The position numbers were made by a program, and so were the translations under genes. 64,000 nt of DNA from positions 12,648,001 to 12,712,000 of the forward strand of contig OZ316776.1 in the NCBI GenBank assembly GCA_973851085.1. The letters are read 5' to 3'. Positions 12,534-23,500 of this stretch are shown piece after piece. The notes below the pieces were generated by a model, which made no database searches, was not told the DNA's origin, and worked only from the letters and a program-made list of their open reading frames with translations. Every line of letters begins with the position of its first letter. Within the stretch, counting starts at the first letter, position 1. This stretch comes from Ptychomitrium polyphyllum (lineage: Eukaryota).

Positions 12534-14843
12534 ATGGCGTTCACGTGCGGCGCCATGCTGCGACCGTCGTCGTTTCTCACACCCTCGCCCCTCGACCGGG
12601 ACGGAACTTCTCCGTCCTGCGGCGCATTGCAGTCCTTCAGCAGTAACAATTCTCTCTCAGGCGCTCCAATTGTGGCGAACAGAACCGCTGTGAGGCGCCA
12701 TCAAAGGGTTTCGTTGCAGTGCAGGGCTGCTGCGGCCATGGACGTGGCGGGGAGCAATGGCGGAGTGCGTGTGGAGGAGAAGCCGCAGCAGCTGTATGGA
12801 CGGCAGTTCTTCCCGCTGGCGTCTGTGGTCGGACAGGACGCCATCAAGTCGGCGTTGCTGCTCGGGGCTGTGGACCAATCGATTGGTGGAATTGCGATTG
12901 CGGGGAGGCGCGGGACGGCGAAGACGGTGATGGCCCGCGGGTTGCACGCCGTTCTGCCGCCGTTGGAGGTTGTGGCGGGGTCCATGTGCAATGCGGACCC
13001 GAATAAGCCTGAGGAGTGGGAGGAGGGTTTGGCGGAGCGGGTGGAGTGGCATGCTGATGGGAGCGTGAAGACGGAGATCATCAAGGCACCGTTTATTCAA
13101 ATTCCGCTTGGGGTTACGGAGGATCGTCTCATCGGGTCTGTGGATGTGGAGGAGTCGGTGCGGACCGGGACGACGGTGTATCAGCCGGGGTTGCTCGCGG
13201 ACTGCCATCGCGGAGTGTTGTATGTGGACGAGCTCAACCTTCTGGATGACGGTATCAGTAACCTTCTTCTGAACGTGTTGACGGAGGGGGTGAATATTGT
13301 TGAGCGAGAGGGTGTGAGCTTCAAGCATCCTTGTCGGCCTCTGTTGATTGCAACTTGGAATCCGGAGGAAGGCGAGGTTAGGGCACATCTGCTCGACCGA
13401 ATTGCGATAAACCTTACTGCGGACTTGCCGTTGTCATTTGAGGATAGAGTGAGCGCTGTGGAGATTGCGACGGATTTCCAGAATGTGGCGGCGAAGGTCA
13501 TGGGAGAGTCTGCGGAAGCTACTGAAGTGGCGAAGACGACTGTGACGCTGGCTCGGGAGTGGTTGAAGGATGTGACAATTAGCAAAGAGCAGGTAAAATA
13601 CATTGTCATGGAAGCAATTCGTGGGGGCTGCCAGGGCCACAGACCGGAGCTTGCAGCGGTGAGATGCGCCAAAGCGTTGGCTGCTTTGGAAGGGAGGGAT
13701 AGAGTCGGTGTTGATGATTTGAAGAAAGCAGTGGAATTGGTCATCCTTCCACGTTCCATGATTATGGACACGCCGCCAGACCAAGGGCCTCCTCCTCCCC
13801 CACCTCCTCCCCCCCCTCCACAGAGCCAGGACGAGGATGAGGATGATAAGGAAGAGGAGGAGGAGAAAGAGGACGAGGATGAAGAGGACAAGGAAGACCA
13901 GGAGAATGAGGTGCCTGAGGAATTCATTTTCGATGCCGAAGGTGGCCTTGTTGATCCTCAACTTTTGTTTTTTGCGCAACAGATGAACAGAAGGCGTGGT
14001 AAGGCAGGGCGTGCCAAGAACGTGATCTTCTCGGAGGATAGAGGCCGCTACATTAAGCCCATGATTCCTAAGGGGCAGGTAAGAAGACTGGCTGTAGACG
14101 CGACATTGCGTGCTGCCGCTCCCTACCAGAAGCTGCGGAGGAAGAAGGCTTTGGAGTCTGGAGAAGAACGTAAAGTGTTTGTAGAGCAAGGAGACATGAG
14201 GTCCAAGCGGATGGCTCGTAAAGCTGGAGCTCTGGTGATCTTTGTAGTTGATGCGAGTGGCAGTATGGCTCTGAACAGGATGAACAATGCTAAAGGCGCT
14301 GCTATGCAACTCTTGGCTGACAGCTACACCAGCAGAGACCAGGTTTCGATTATTCCATTTCGTGGAAACGAGGCAGAGGTTCTTCTTCCCCCTTCTCGAT
14401 CAATTGCAATGGCTAGAAATCGTCTTGACAGGCTTCCATGTGGTGGTGGATCGCCACTGGCTCATGGATTGACCACGGCTGTGAGGGTCGGCATGAATGC
14501 CGAGAAGAGCGGGGATGTGGGGCGCATTATGATTGTGGCTATTACTGATGGGAGAGCAAACGTTTCTCTGAAGAAGTCCAATGGAGACGAGGAGGCTAAT
14601 AAGCCGGACGCTCCGAGGCCAACCCAGGCAGAGCTCAAGGATGAGATACTGGAAGTTGCAGGCAAGATTTACAAGGCTGGCATGTCATTGCTAGTTATAG
14701 ATACAGAGAATAAGTTTGTCTCTACGGGCTTTGCCAAAGAGATTGCTCGAGTCGCTCAAGGGAAGTATTACTATTTGCCCAACGCATCCGACGCAGTGGT
14801 TGCAGCTGCTACGAAGGAAGCGCTGTCAGGATTGAAGAGTTAG
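12534..14843 (+). CDS. CHLD: Magnesium chelatase subunit D, plastid-targeted, single exon (769 aa)
   Basis: Transit peptide, then [16 protein letters not shown]+-like module ([18 protein letters not shown]), poly-Pro plus acidic linker, and C-terminal vWA domain with [14 protein letters not shown] and ITDGRAN. The ORF is uninterrupted. Confidence 0.97.
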   Translation: MAFTCGAMLRPSSFLTPSPLDRDGTSPSCGALQSFSSNNSLSGAPIVANRTAVRRHQRVSLQCRAAAAMDVAGSNGGVRVEEKPQQLYGRQFFPLASVVGQDAIKSALLLGAVDQSIGGIAIAGRRGTAKTVMARGLHAVLPPLEVVAGSMCNADPNKPEEWEEGLAERVEWHADGSVKTEIIKAPFIQIPLGVTEDRLIGSVDVEESVRTGTTVYQPGLLADCHRGVLYVDELNLLDDGISNLLLNVLTEGVNIVEREGVSFKHPCRPLLIATWNPEEGEVRAHLLDRIAINLTADLPLSFEDRVSAVEIATDFQNVAAKVMGESAEATEVAKTTVTLAREWLKDVTISKEQVKYIVMEAIRGGCQGHRPELAAVRCAKALAALEGRDRVGVDDLKKAVELVILPRSMIMDTPPDQGPPPPPPPPPPPQSQDEDEDDKEEEEEKEDEDEEDKEDQENEVPEEFIFDAEGGLVDPQLLFFAQQMNRRRGKAGRAKNVIFSEDRGRYIKPMIPKGQVRRLAVDATLRAAAPYQKLRRKKALESGEERKVFVEQGDMRSKRMARKAGALVIFVVDASGSMALNRMNNAKGAAMQLLADSYTSRDQVSIIPFRGNEAEVLLPPSRSIAMARNRLDRLPCGGGSPLAHGLTTAVRVGMNAEKSGDVGRIMIVAITDGRANVSLKKSNGDEEANKPDAPRPTQAELKDEILEVAGKIYKAGMSLLVIDTENKFVSTGFAKEIARVAQGKYYYLPNASDAVVAAATKEALSGLKS

Positions 14844-16704
14844 TGAAGAGCCGGCAGTGTCATCATTCCCTGACTCCAAATGGTTTTATCAGTCGTCAGG
14901 GAATGGTTAAAGGTAATCGAAAGTCTCGTAGTTTTATCGAGTGAGGTGCAAGAGTCGAATCCTGGGTCTCATTCAGAGTCACCCTAATTGTTGACAGCAT
15001 TTAACATCAATCTACGCGCAAGTCTTGGGTAATAGGTTTGTTTAGTGGCAACTTAGAAGCTTAATCAAGAGGTGAAACGATGGAAAAGTTAATTTTTGTA
15101 ACATACTGCTTGTAAGCATGCAGCACTTGGTGATCAAGCTGACGAATTTTGAGTATCTGAGTGCTATTTCTAGTACTCGTGCGGCACTTTAGACAAGAAG
15201 TTCACCTCGTCATAATTTAGTTGAACAGTGTGTCAGGGCAATGTTGGTGTTGCAATCGGTTTTGTATCAATTCAAATGAGTTATACGCACACACAGTGTG
15301 GGCAAGCTTTTGCATACGAAGTTAATATTCAGGTCTTTGATCATACTCATTATTATGCTGCGTGCTGTTTACCCTTCCTGGGTGACTGAAATTACATTCA
15401 AACACTTCATACTTCTTGTAGATGGCTTCACAGAAGGGATGTTTAAGTCTGCACACATTTGTGCAATTCGAAGTACCTATCCAGCAAGGTCCGGACGTAG
15501 TGATAAATGTTGTATGTATGTAGGAGGTCGTCACTATTTGGATGGGGTTTTGTAACTTGTATTCCAGCTGCCTTTACTGTGAGGTAATATAAAACCTGGT
15601 CACCATCTCAAACTGAAAGCATTTATAAACCCGACATTCAAGTCACACTGATCAAATGGATGTCATGGACTGCCCCTAGTATATGTTGAATTCTTTCACT
15701 TTATCATGTATCTTGAGAGGTTCCCATACTTTTTTTTCGCTTAGTTTTGCGCCCTCATTGATAAAAGTATATGTTGACCTTGAAAATCCATATATTTCTG
15801 AATCTCGAACCACAATTACATTCATTTCACAATTTAAACCAAGAGCCTTGTTTGTCCGTAATGTTAGTCGAGTCATCACAATTCGCATAGAGCACATGGA
15901 GGCAAGCACAGGCTTGTAGGGAGCAATTCCCACCCTCAGAAATGTCGTGCCGAAGTCAAGAGACTCGTTGCATAAGCCAGAAGTGTTAAATGTGGTAATC
16001 GTGGCTCAACCCTTGGAGGTCCCTTCACGAGAGTAGATGTATTGGCATCTTTTTTAAATTTGTTATCTGCAGGAAGTCAATTTGGAATTCAATAGCTCAA
16101 CAGAACCTTTGTATAACTGGTCCACAACAGGCTTTTGGACCAATAAAGGGATAAACGAGTTCCCACATCCAACAATGATAATGGTGTACCTTCTCCAGTT
16201 TCAACTCATGATGAGCGAACCAGCATCTCCAGCCATTTCAACACCCTGGAATGCACGAGATTAAGACCAAAGACCCCAAATGAAACACAAAACAGAATTT
16301 CAGAAAGACTCTCTTAATGCTTTACTTGTCGACAGTAATTTAGTACAAACTTAATCATCAATTTAGAAAGTCTCTCCTTTCAACAGGAGCCCCATTTGGG
16401 AATACTCCAACTTCCTAACTCTAGAAAGAGCAATGCTGTCATTGCCTAACTCATCCAAAACGCCGTGGTTACTCACCAGTCAGCATGTGCTGAGGAAGAA
16501 GATCCAATCATGAAATCCATTACACGTCTAGAGCATGGAACATAAGCATACAGAAGCTACAATAGGATGTTTGAATGGAAGAATTGAAGGGCATGTTTCC
16601 ACCCTAGCTGACCGATCAAGTGTTGGCTAGCCAGAAGACCAGATCTGCAGATGTAGTCATTGATGATCTCCGACCAGAAGGACCTGGCTAGCGAGAGATC
16701 AAGG

Positions 16705-18816
16705 TCAGTAGAGCTTGAGCACATCGAGAATGGCTTGGTTGCAGAGAGGGCATGAACCAATGCTCCTGCGCACCTCCCGGCAGCACTTCCGGCAGAAGGT
16801 GTGTCCACAAGGAATGAACGCAGCGCCTTTGTGGCCAACCATGCACACGCAGCACATGGGATCCAGCTCCTCCGTCACCACTTCGTCCTCCTCGTCGTCC
16901 CTGCACCCACACGCATCCGCTCGCAGTCCATCCTCGTCTGTCTCCATATCCTGGTTTAGCAACGACAGCAAACTCACACGAGCTGGCGGCCGTTCTCTCG
17001 TAGGTGTGGTGTCAGCTTCTCTCACTGCGTCAACAGTCCCAGTTGCCTCAACATTTTCAGCTTGAGGGGGAAGCGCCCTTTCGGGACTTCTTGTTGGAGA
17101 GGGCTCAGATGGCGCTTCCCTTGGAGAACTTTCACAATTAAACCTCGAGGTGCTGGAGTTCAACGGCTGGCTCGGAGCCGGAAGTGGAGAGTCCATTCGG
17201 CTTCGACTTAACGGAAGCCAGCCATGCTCACCCCAGGTACGTTCTAAGAGAGTCCCCAGTTGCACCCGCGGGGTGGCTTCAACGTCCTCACAATGAGGAT
17301 TACTTCGTGATGTCGCAGCCTCTTCACCGTCGTCTCTTGTTTCCGCTACGCCTGCATCCGACAGCGTGATTGGAGTATCCACAACTGTCGAGGTTGCTGT
17401 CAATGTTGATGTTAGCGCTTCCTGCGATGAAGCCGAAGGAGCTTCCCTGATTTCAGCGCTTGGAGGATTCATTGGCAGAATATCTGGAGCGTCCACTATT
17501 GACAAGTTCACATCGCTAGCAGTGACCGAGTCTGTAGCATCAGTTACACCAATCAAGAGAGTTTGGTTTGATTCTTCTCCTACTGTCACATCTGCAGGAG
17601 TTTGCGTGCTCCCAGAAGTGGAGCATCCACCATCGTCCTCTCGAGGCAAGCTCGTCGTCATGGGTTCAGCGTTTCCCGTCACGGAGTTGGCCCGGAGAGT
17701 CAAAATCTTCGCAATCAGAAAATCCAGCTGACTCTGCGACTCAGGGCGCATAGGAGCGGAGATGTCGCTCAGCGACCCGATCTTGACGCGTCTGCTACTC
17801 TCCGCAGCTGGGACACTCCATCTCGGGTCTGCGAGTGGCGAGCCGCTTGAGGTTGCAACTTCCTCGGCAAGCAAGGTTCCCAGAGAAGATTTTGAGCCAC
17901 CAGATGGAACAACCTTTGGAAACTCACCAGATAATCTAAAACAGCTACGCCCAGGACTCTGTACATGAACCTCCTGCATTTCAACAATCTCTATTTCAGG
18001 CTCGGATGTGCGATGTGATGAGCTTGAAAGCTTCTCATTCTTGTAAAATCTCGAACGCCGTCCTGGCCTCTCATAACAGGAACGCGACGGCATCGGAGCT
18101 CCATACAAGGAGCCCGAATCCCAGAATTCGTCCTCCTCATCGGAGGTTTGCAATGCCCAGTCCTTCGCAAACACATAGCGAAGCTCCTGTGACTCGTCTG
18201 GGGCCAGCACGGATTTCGGGGCTTCCTCGTTCCGTGGCGATGGCGACCTAAGGTTTCTCGCACTTGAAACCGGATGTCCATCGACCCGCATTCCCACTCT
18301 CAAAGCCTCACAAGAGTCGGCGAGCTCCGCAGCAATCAAATCCCTCAGAGGTTGCACATGCGGCTCAATGGCTGTTCTGCGCGCTTCCTCGCGCTCCTGG
18401 GCAAACAGAGCGCCCAACTGCACGGGTCGCTCTACCGGCAGCGGAATTGACTGCACCACTCCCGCTTTTTTAAACACTCTGATCTTGTGCGACACTTGGC
18501 CCATGCGAGTGCCGAACGTCTTGGGCGACGACGACCCCGACGGTGGACTAGGGCTTCCTGTTTTCACCAATGATCCATTTCGCCCTGCTTTGCCATCAAG
18601 CGGATTCAATCTGCCACTCTCCACTCGCTTCCTCGCCGGCGACTTGAGAAGCGCGGGATCCGTGGACTCCGACGCCCACAACAACCCCGACTCCCGTGCA
18701 ATGAGTACCCGCAGCGGCGTGCGCGGCGCACTCATTAATCCTGTGTTCTCCAGTTTTCGGTTGATGTCCTGCCCTGGACTGACAACGGGGGCGTCAAAAT
18801 CTGCTTCCTTCCCCAT
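16705..18816 (-). CDS. C3HC4 RING-finger protein (putative E3 ligase), single coding exon, 703 aa
   Basis: C-terminal CCVCMVGHKGAAFIPCGHTFCRKCC...GSCPLCNQAILDVLKLY matches the plant family with the KGAAFIPCGHTFCR RING. The long N-terminus is low-complexity and Ser/Pro-rich. Predicted introns: 5'UTR 18868-19651; 3'UTR 16246-16476 and 16067-16189. Confidence 0.9.
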   Translation of the reverse strand: MGKEADFDAPVVSPGQDINRKLENTGLMSAPRTPLRVLIARESGLLWASESTDPALLKSPARKRVESGRLNPLDGKAGRNGSLVKTGSPSPPSGSSSPKTFGTRMGQVSHKIRVFKKAGVVQSIPLPVERPVQLGALFAQEREEARRTAIEPHVQPLRDLIAAELADSCEALRVGMRVDGHPVSSARNLRSPSPRNEEAPKSVLAPDESQELRYVFAKDWALQTSDEEDEFWDSGSLYGAPMPSRSCYERPGRRSRFYKNEKLSSSSHRTSEPEIEIVEMQEVHVQSPGRSCFRLSGEFPKVVPSGGSKSSLGTLLAEEVATSSGSPLADPRWSVPAAESSRRVKIGSLSDISAPMRPESQSQLDFLIAKILTLRANSVTGNAEPMTTSLPREDDGGCSTSGSTQTPADVTVGEESNQTLLIGVTDATDSVTASDVNLSIVDAPDILPMNPPSAEIREAPSASSQEALTSTLTATSTVVDTPITLSDAGVAETRDDGEEAATSRSNPHCEDVEATPRVQLGTLLERTWGEHGWLPLSRSRMDSPLPAPSQPLNSSTSRFNCESSPREAPSEPSPTRSPERALPPQAENVEATGTVDAVREADTTPTRERPPARVSLLSLLNQDMETDEDGLRADACGCRDDEEDEVVTEELDPMCCVCMVGHKGAAFIPCGHTFCRKCCREVRRSIGSCPLCNQAILDVLKLY

Positions 18817-20399
18817 TGCCAGTATCCACAGCTCAACCCCTTCTGAGCTCTACATTATTCTCGTCACCTGTACCCCAACACACGAACTCCTACAGATTTG
18901 CGCATGTTTTAAACTCTTCAATTCCTGCGGCCTTCATAACGGTTACCCACCAAAACAGAAGCAAAGAAATTGCAGCGCCAAATCACTCCACCGCTACCAC
19001 GAAACGCTCCGTGCTTCCTGTACGTCGTAGCCCGCTTCTGCGAATCTCCAACACAAAAACACTCTCCAAGCAGACCCACACTTCCGGAATCATCATGCAT
19101 GCGGGAATATCGCAAGCTGGAGCATCACTGCCAACCTGCCAAGAACTCAAAATACGCCATCGAGTCCGCTCCCCGCGCGGCAAGATGAGCTCCCCGTTTG
19201 TCGCCCGCCCTCTCATCTCATTCTTGCTTGAGTCACCTCACGCTTCGCCCACAAACCTGCCTCCTTTGAATCCAGAAACCATCACCAGAAGTCCTCAACG
19301 ACCACCTCACCGCACCACGGCTCAAAATCCCCAGAACAGGCTCAAAACCATTCCCTTTCCACCCTAAGTGAACAGATCCTGCGCCTCTCGCTCTCACACA
19401 TAACCCAGCAATATATGTCCACTTCCCGAACCTGTTGAATGCAGCAGCCTGACCATCATCGCCTCCCAAACGCTTCTTCTTCCTCACTCCGCCATAGCTA
19501 CCTCTCCATCTTCAAAACTCAGAAACAGCCGGAACGAGGTGCAAGAAAAAGACATAGCTGTCTCCCTCGCCAATCTGTTGAATGCATGTGAGGCCCAAAC
19601 TGACTTCGACGACGCTTCTCGTTCTCTATCACTCCACCGCAGCTAACTCACCATCGTACGTCTCCGCCAAACGACGAACTCGATTGCATTGGGAAAGGGT
19701 AAAACCAGGGCGAAAAAGAGCAGAAAAGGACCCCTAAAAGGCAAGTTTTTCGGGAAAGATGTAAAAACCGAAGATGTGAACTTCAGTAACGCAAGGAATG
19801 ACGTCGCAATGAATTGCGCTAATAAATGCTGCATCGCATGGGAGGCCAAGGACAGGGCTGTACTGTGGAGAGTGTTCCATTGTGACTGTGGTGCCGACAC
19901 CCGCGGCGATAGGCGCATCGCCATAGCCGCGGCTTTGGGGTCCTTCGTGTTCTTCACCGTCGGATCTCAGATCTGCGCTTTGCGTGGATTCTGGGGCTTC
20001 AGGTGGGGCTTCGGGGCTCAGTAATTAAATTCCTATGTTCCTGTGTTTATGCGGTTTTCCATCCTCTGGGGGATTAGTTTATGCATTTTTTCATTCTCCG
20101 GGGCTTGAAATGGAGGGCATCATCTACAATGTCAACTTTGAATGTGAGCCTCTGCTGAGGTTATATATTATATTGTGTTATGATGTATGAACTAAATCTT
20201 CTCAGGAGCATCACTGAGGAAGTCTGTTTCATTGGCATTTTTAATTTGTTTCCATGAAAATAGTGTTAGAGTCAAAATGCTTCATTGTTTCTTCAGCCTA
20301 TTTGTGGAAAGCAGGAGGTCCTTCAGGCGTTCTACCATGAGGAGATCTCATTATCCAAAAATCCATCCCACCTTCCGTTTAGCTTTGAATTGCTGAAGC

Positions 20400-22360
20400 A
20401 CCATTTGCAACTGGCAGCTCAGCAACTGTGCCTTGTTGGTAGATAATGATTGTACTGGAGGGCCCTTCCGAATCATCAAGACCACCTGGATCCTATCTAT
20501 TATTACATAACAGCTCTTGTATCCACATATGAATGTCTATTAAACTTCAGTGAAATGCACAGCATAACTGATTCTCCACAGTGCACTCAAAAGAAGGCAG
20601 TCATCATGTTGGCAAAGGACTTTCATGACAAAATCACTGCTATTTACTTTCTTGGATACAGTGTCCCTCCTCTTCAGTTGCAGTAAGAGACATTTTTACT
20701 ACACTACAGGATCCTCAAGCATGATCCTCAGAAAAGCCACAGACTACTTAAATACAACCTATGCTTACCTCGATGGTTGCAGTGCTAAGGGCATCCAATG
20801 TCCTACATGTGTGTTCTTTGCCAGATCTGCATATTACCTAGAATTATTGTCTATAACAAATGGCCGCTTCTAAGATGAATTATTTACCTTGCAAAATCAA
20901 CCATTGTTAACTGGTAGTCTGTTTGTTCTCACAAGATGGTACTCTAAAATATAATACTGCCACTTCAACAACTTAAGACAAGCTTGCTTCACTCTTCATC
21001 AATGCTCATAATTCCTCAGACTTTTTCACTGATCAAATGAAACACTTTAAATTGCACAACAACCATCCAAATAAACTTATCTTAGAACCTGTTGTTGAAA
21101 TGATGCAAGCTTGTCCGCAATGTTATGTGCGCATGTTGATACTGATGGCAATGAATAAGCCAATAAATTGGCTTACAATAGAAACTTTGAGGAATATATA
21201 AGTCTACTGCATCCTTAATAAAATGGACATTCTACATCTTATTTTCTATACAAAGATTGGTGGCATTCTATTGCACAATATCATTGAAAAGGTCCAATTA
21301 GACATTTACACAAATACAATCTAAGTTATGGCAAAGAACATAACCTTGAAATAATTGTTGGATAATTTTAAAACTCTGATAAATGAATGAACAATAAGAA
21401 CTCTAACAATAAATCATCCAATGATTACCAATTTATAGAAGACGTTTTTCTTCAAAGTTTTGCATGGATAGTATATGAGCAATAGCAACAAACAATTTTT
21501 CTTTGATTTAGAAAAAATTTGAGCCTTTGCAAGTTGAAATTATAATTCATCCATATTAGATACATAGCTACACATACTCAATTGCAAAAACCAACATATA
21601 TTTGCATTAAGAATCAAATAGCACAACAAAATAATTCAGAAACTTAAAAGAGTATTGGTAATTACAAATAAATACATAAAGTTATACTATATTAATAAAT
21701 GTTGGTACATTTCATAATAATCTACTTAACAATACAATCTTCCACTTGTTTTTACATCAAATTTATAGAAATAAAAAATATTATTATAATGTTAAAGTTT
21801 AACTTGATATTCTTTATATTTGAAACTTCACTATTGAAATGAATATCCAAAAAAATCAAATTTAATCCTTATTGAAAAATGCATTGGATTTATTTAATGT
21901 AATGATAAATATGAACTAAACAAAGTTATCTTCAAAGCAAATAAATATTCACCTCTAGTAATTAATATTCCAAGATTAATATATAACATTATACTGTCAA
22001 TAGTCATTACTATTAGAACTAGAGTCTTTATATGTATTCTTTCTATAAAAGAAACTATAAGAACAATTTTAATTACCAAGAACTTCATAAATTAATGTTA
22101 AAAACATAAATATCATATTTATTTTCATCAAATTATGTTTATTTGATTACAAAATGAAGATTTTAAAACAATAATTAATAAAATTTACTACAATATTAAT
22201 TTTTTTTATAAAAAGGAGAGTGCCAACTAATTGAGGGATTGGTTATTAATCAACAACTCAAATTAGTAACCTCCTTAAATTCTTGGAGATCGGCAATGGC
22301 TAGTATTAGATTTTTATTGTACAAATATTTTAATCTAACCTAATAATATAAAAACAAGTA
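20400..22360 (+). mobile_element. Degenerate 3' end of a non-LTR retrotransposon: RNase H + CCHC finger + restriction-like endonuclease (Dualen/RandI-like architecture)
   Basis: Conceptual translation through stops and frameshifts gives YYTTGS (20697; RNase H YTDGS), HVDTDGNE*ANKLA (21132; AH..GNE.AD.LA), DT*LHILNC (21559), RIK*HNK (21619; RH[ND] motif), LDILY (21803; PD motif), CNDKY..KANKYSPL and IVITIRTR. Boundaries are approximate. Confidence 0.7.
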
Positions 22361-22379
22361 TCGTCTTAAAAGCAACATG

Positions 22380-23500
22380 CAATTTTTTCTTATATAGTTT
22401 TTTAACTTCAAATGTCACAATAGGATTCTACTAATTGGTACAATAGTTATGTTTCTTGCCTTTATAATTTCTTGCTATCAATGCCAAAATTATAAAATGG
22501 CTTTTAACAAGTCCTCAAAGTTTTAAAGCTTGACCAATTTTATGTAACATACTCTTATTTAATCAACAATGGAATTCATGGCTTAGCAATAAGTCACTAT
22601 ATTTAAGTCTAATTTATTATGCATCCACTTTAAATAATTTTTTTTTAAAAACTTTTATATATCCTTGTTTTATTCTTTGTTAATATGTAAAATAACATAG
22701 TATCTATTTTCTTTTAAAAAGCATTAGTCTTGTACTTTTGATTTACATTTTGTAGACTCAAATAGAAGATAATGGACAAACAAATTCTTCATTTATAAAA
22801 ACCTCAAAAGAAAATCAAGGTTCTAACTTTTTCTTTTTTACTACATCCTTCACAATCATGATTACTTTATTTCTTGATGGTAAGTTCTATCAAATATTCA
22901 TGGACAATAATTGTCATTCAATGGATTCAACAACAAACATATTACAAAGAATAATCATGATTATAAAATATGTATAATTGATTTTTTTTAATTCTAGAAT
23001 TCAAAAGAATTGAAATCTGTGTTGCAATAAAGGAATTCAAAATTTATAATCTTAAATCATGAGCATGTAAAAAACATTGAAGTAGAAAAGCAAAATTTAT
23101 TTTGTTGAAGATAAAGTTATGTTCTTTGCTTTATGAAACACATATTTCTCAAAAATTTAGAACCATAAAATTTTCTCTATGAAGAATAAATAGATTTTAA
23201 TAAAATCAATGTTTGTCCTATTTTTCTTTATTAATGTCTTGTACATTTAAACCTCAATTTGTAAAGTGTGCACAAAAAAATCGGATTGATAATAATTTGT
23301 TACCTGTATACATTATATTATCCTTGGTCCCAAAATCATAATACTTTGGTATACTAATACACAATTTTCTACCAAATGTGGTAAAACTTTGTAGGTTTCA
23401 TATTGCAGTGCTTGAAAAGAGTAGTTCCATGACGAAAATTACATATCTTAAGCTTCAACCATAAATACAAATTTAATGGTTTCAGAAATCCACTTTAGTT
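22380..23500 (-). mobile_element. Extremely AT-rich decayed repeat, possibly an LTR-retrotransposon integrase remnant
   Basis: Minus-strand pieces KPFYNFGIDS and FEVKKL at about 22400-22510 loosely resemble the integrase motifs PF..WG.D and WVEAKAL. Otherwise the support is composition only. Confidence 0.3.

Noticed and set aside
12657..14309. Antisense ORFs of 243-291 aa over CHLD, and similar ones over the RING and AKAP17A-like genes
   Set aside because: These are shadow ORFs of GC-rich or repetitive coding sequence with no independent motifs.
43..14843. TRX z and CHLD as a functional plastid gene cluster
   Set aside because: They are separated by unrelated genes, and plastid-targeted genes are common enough for chance proximity.
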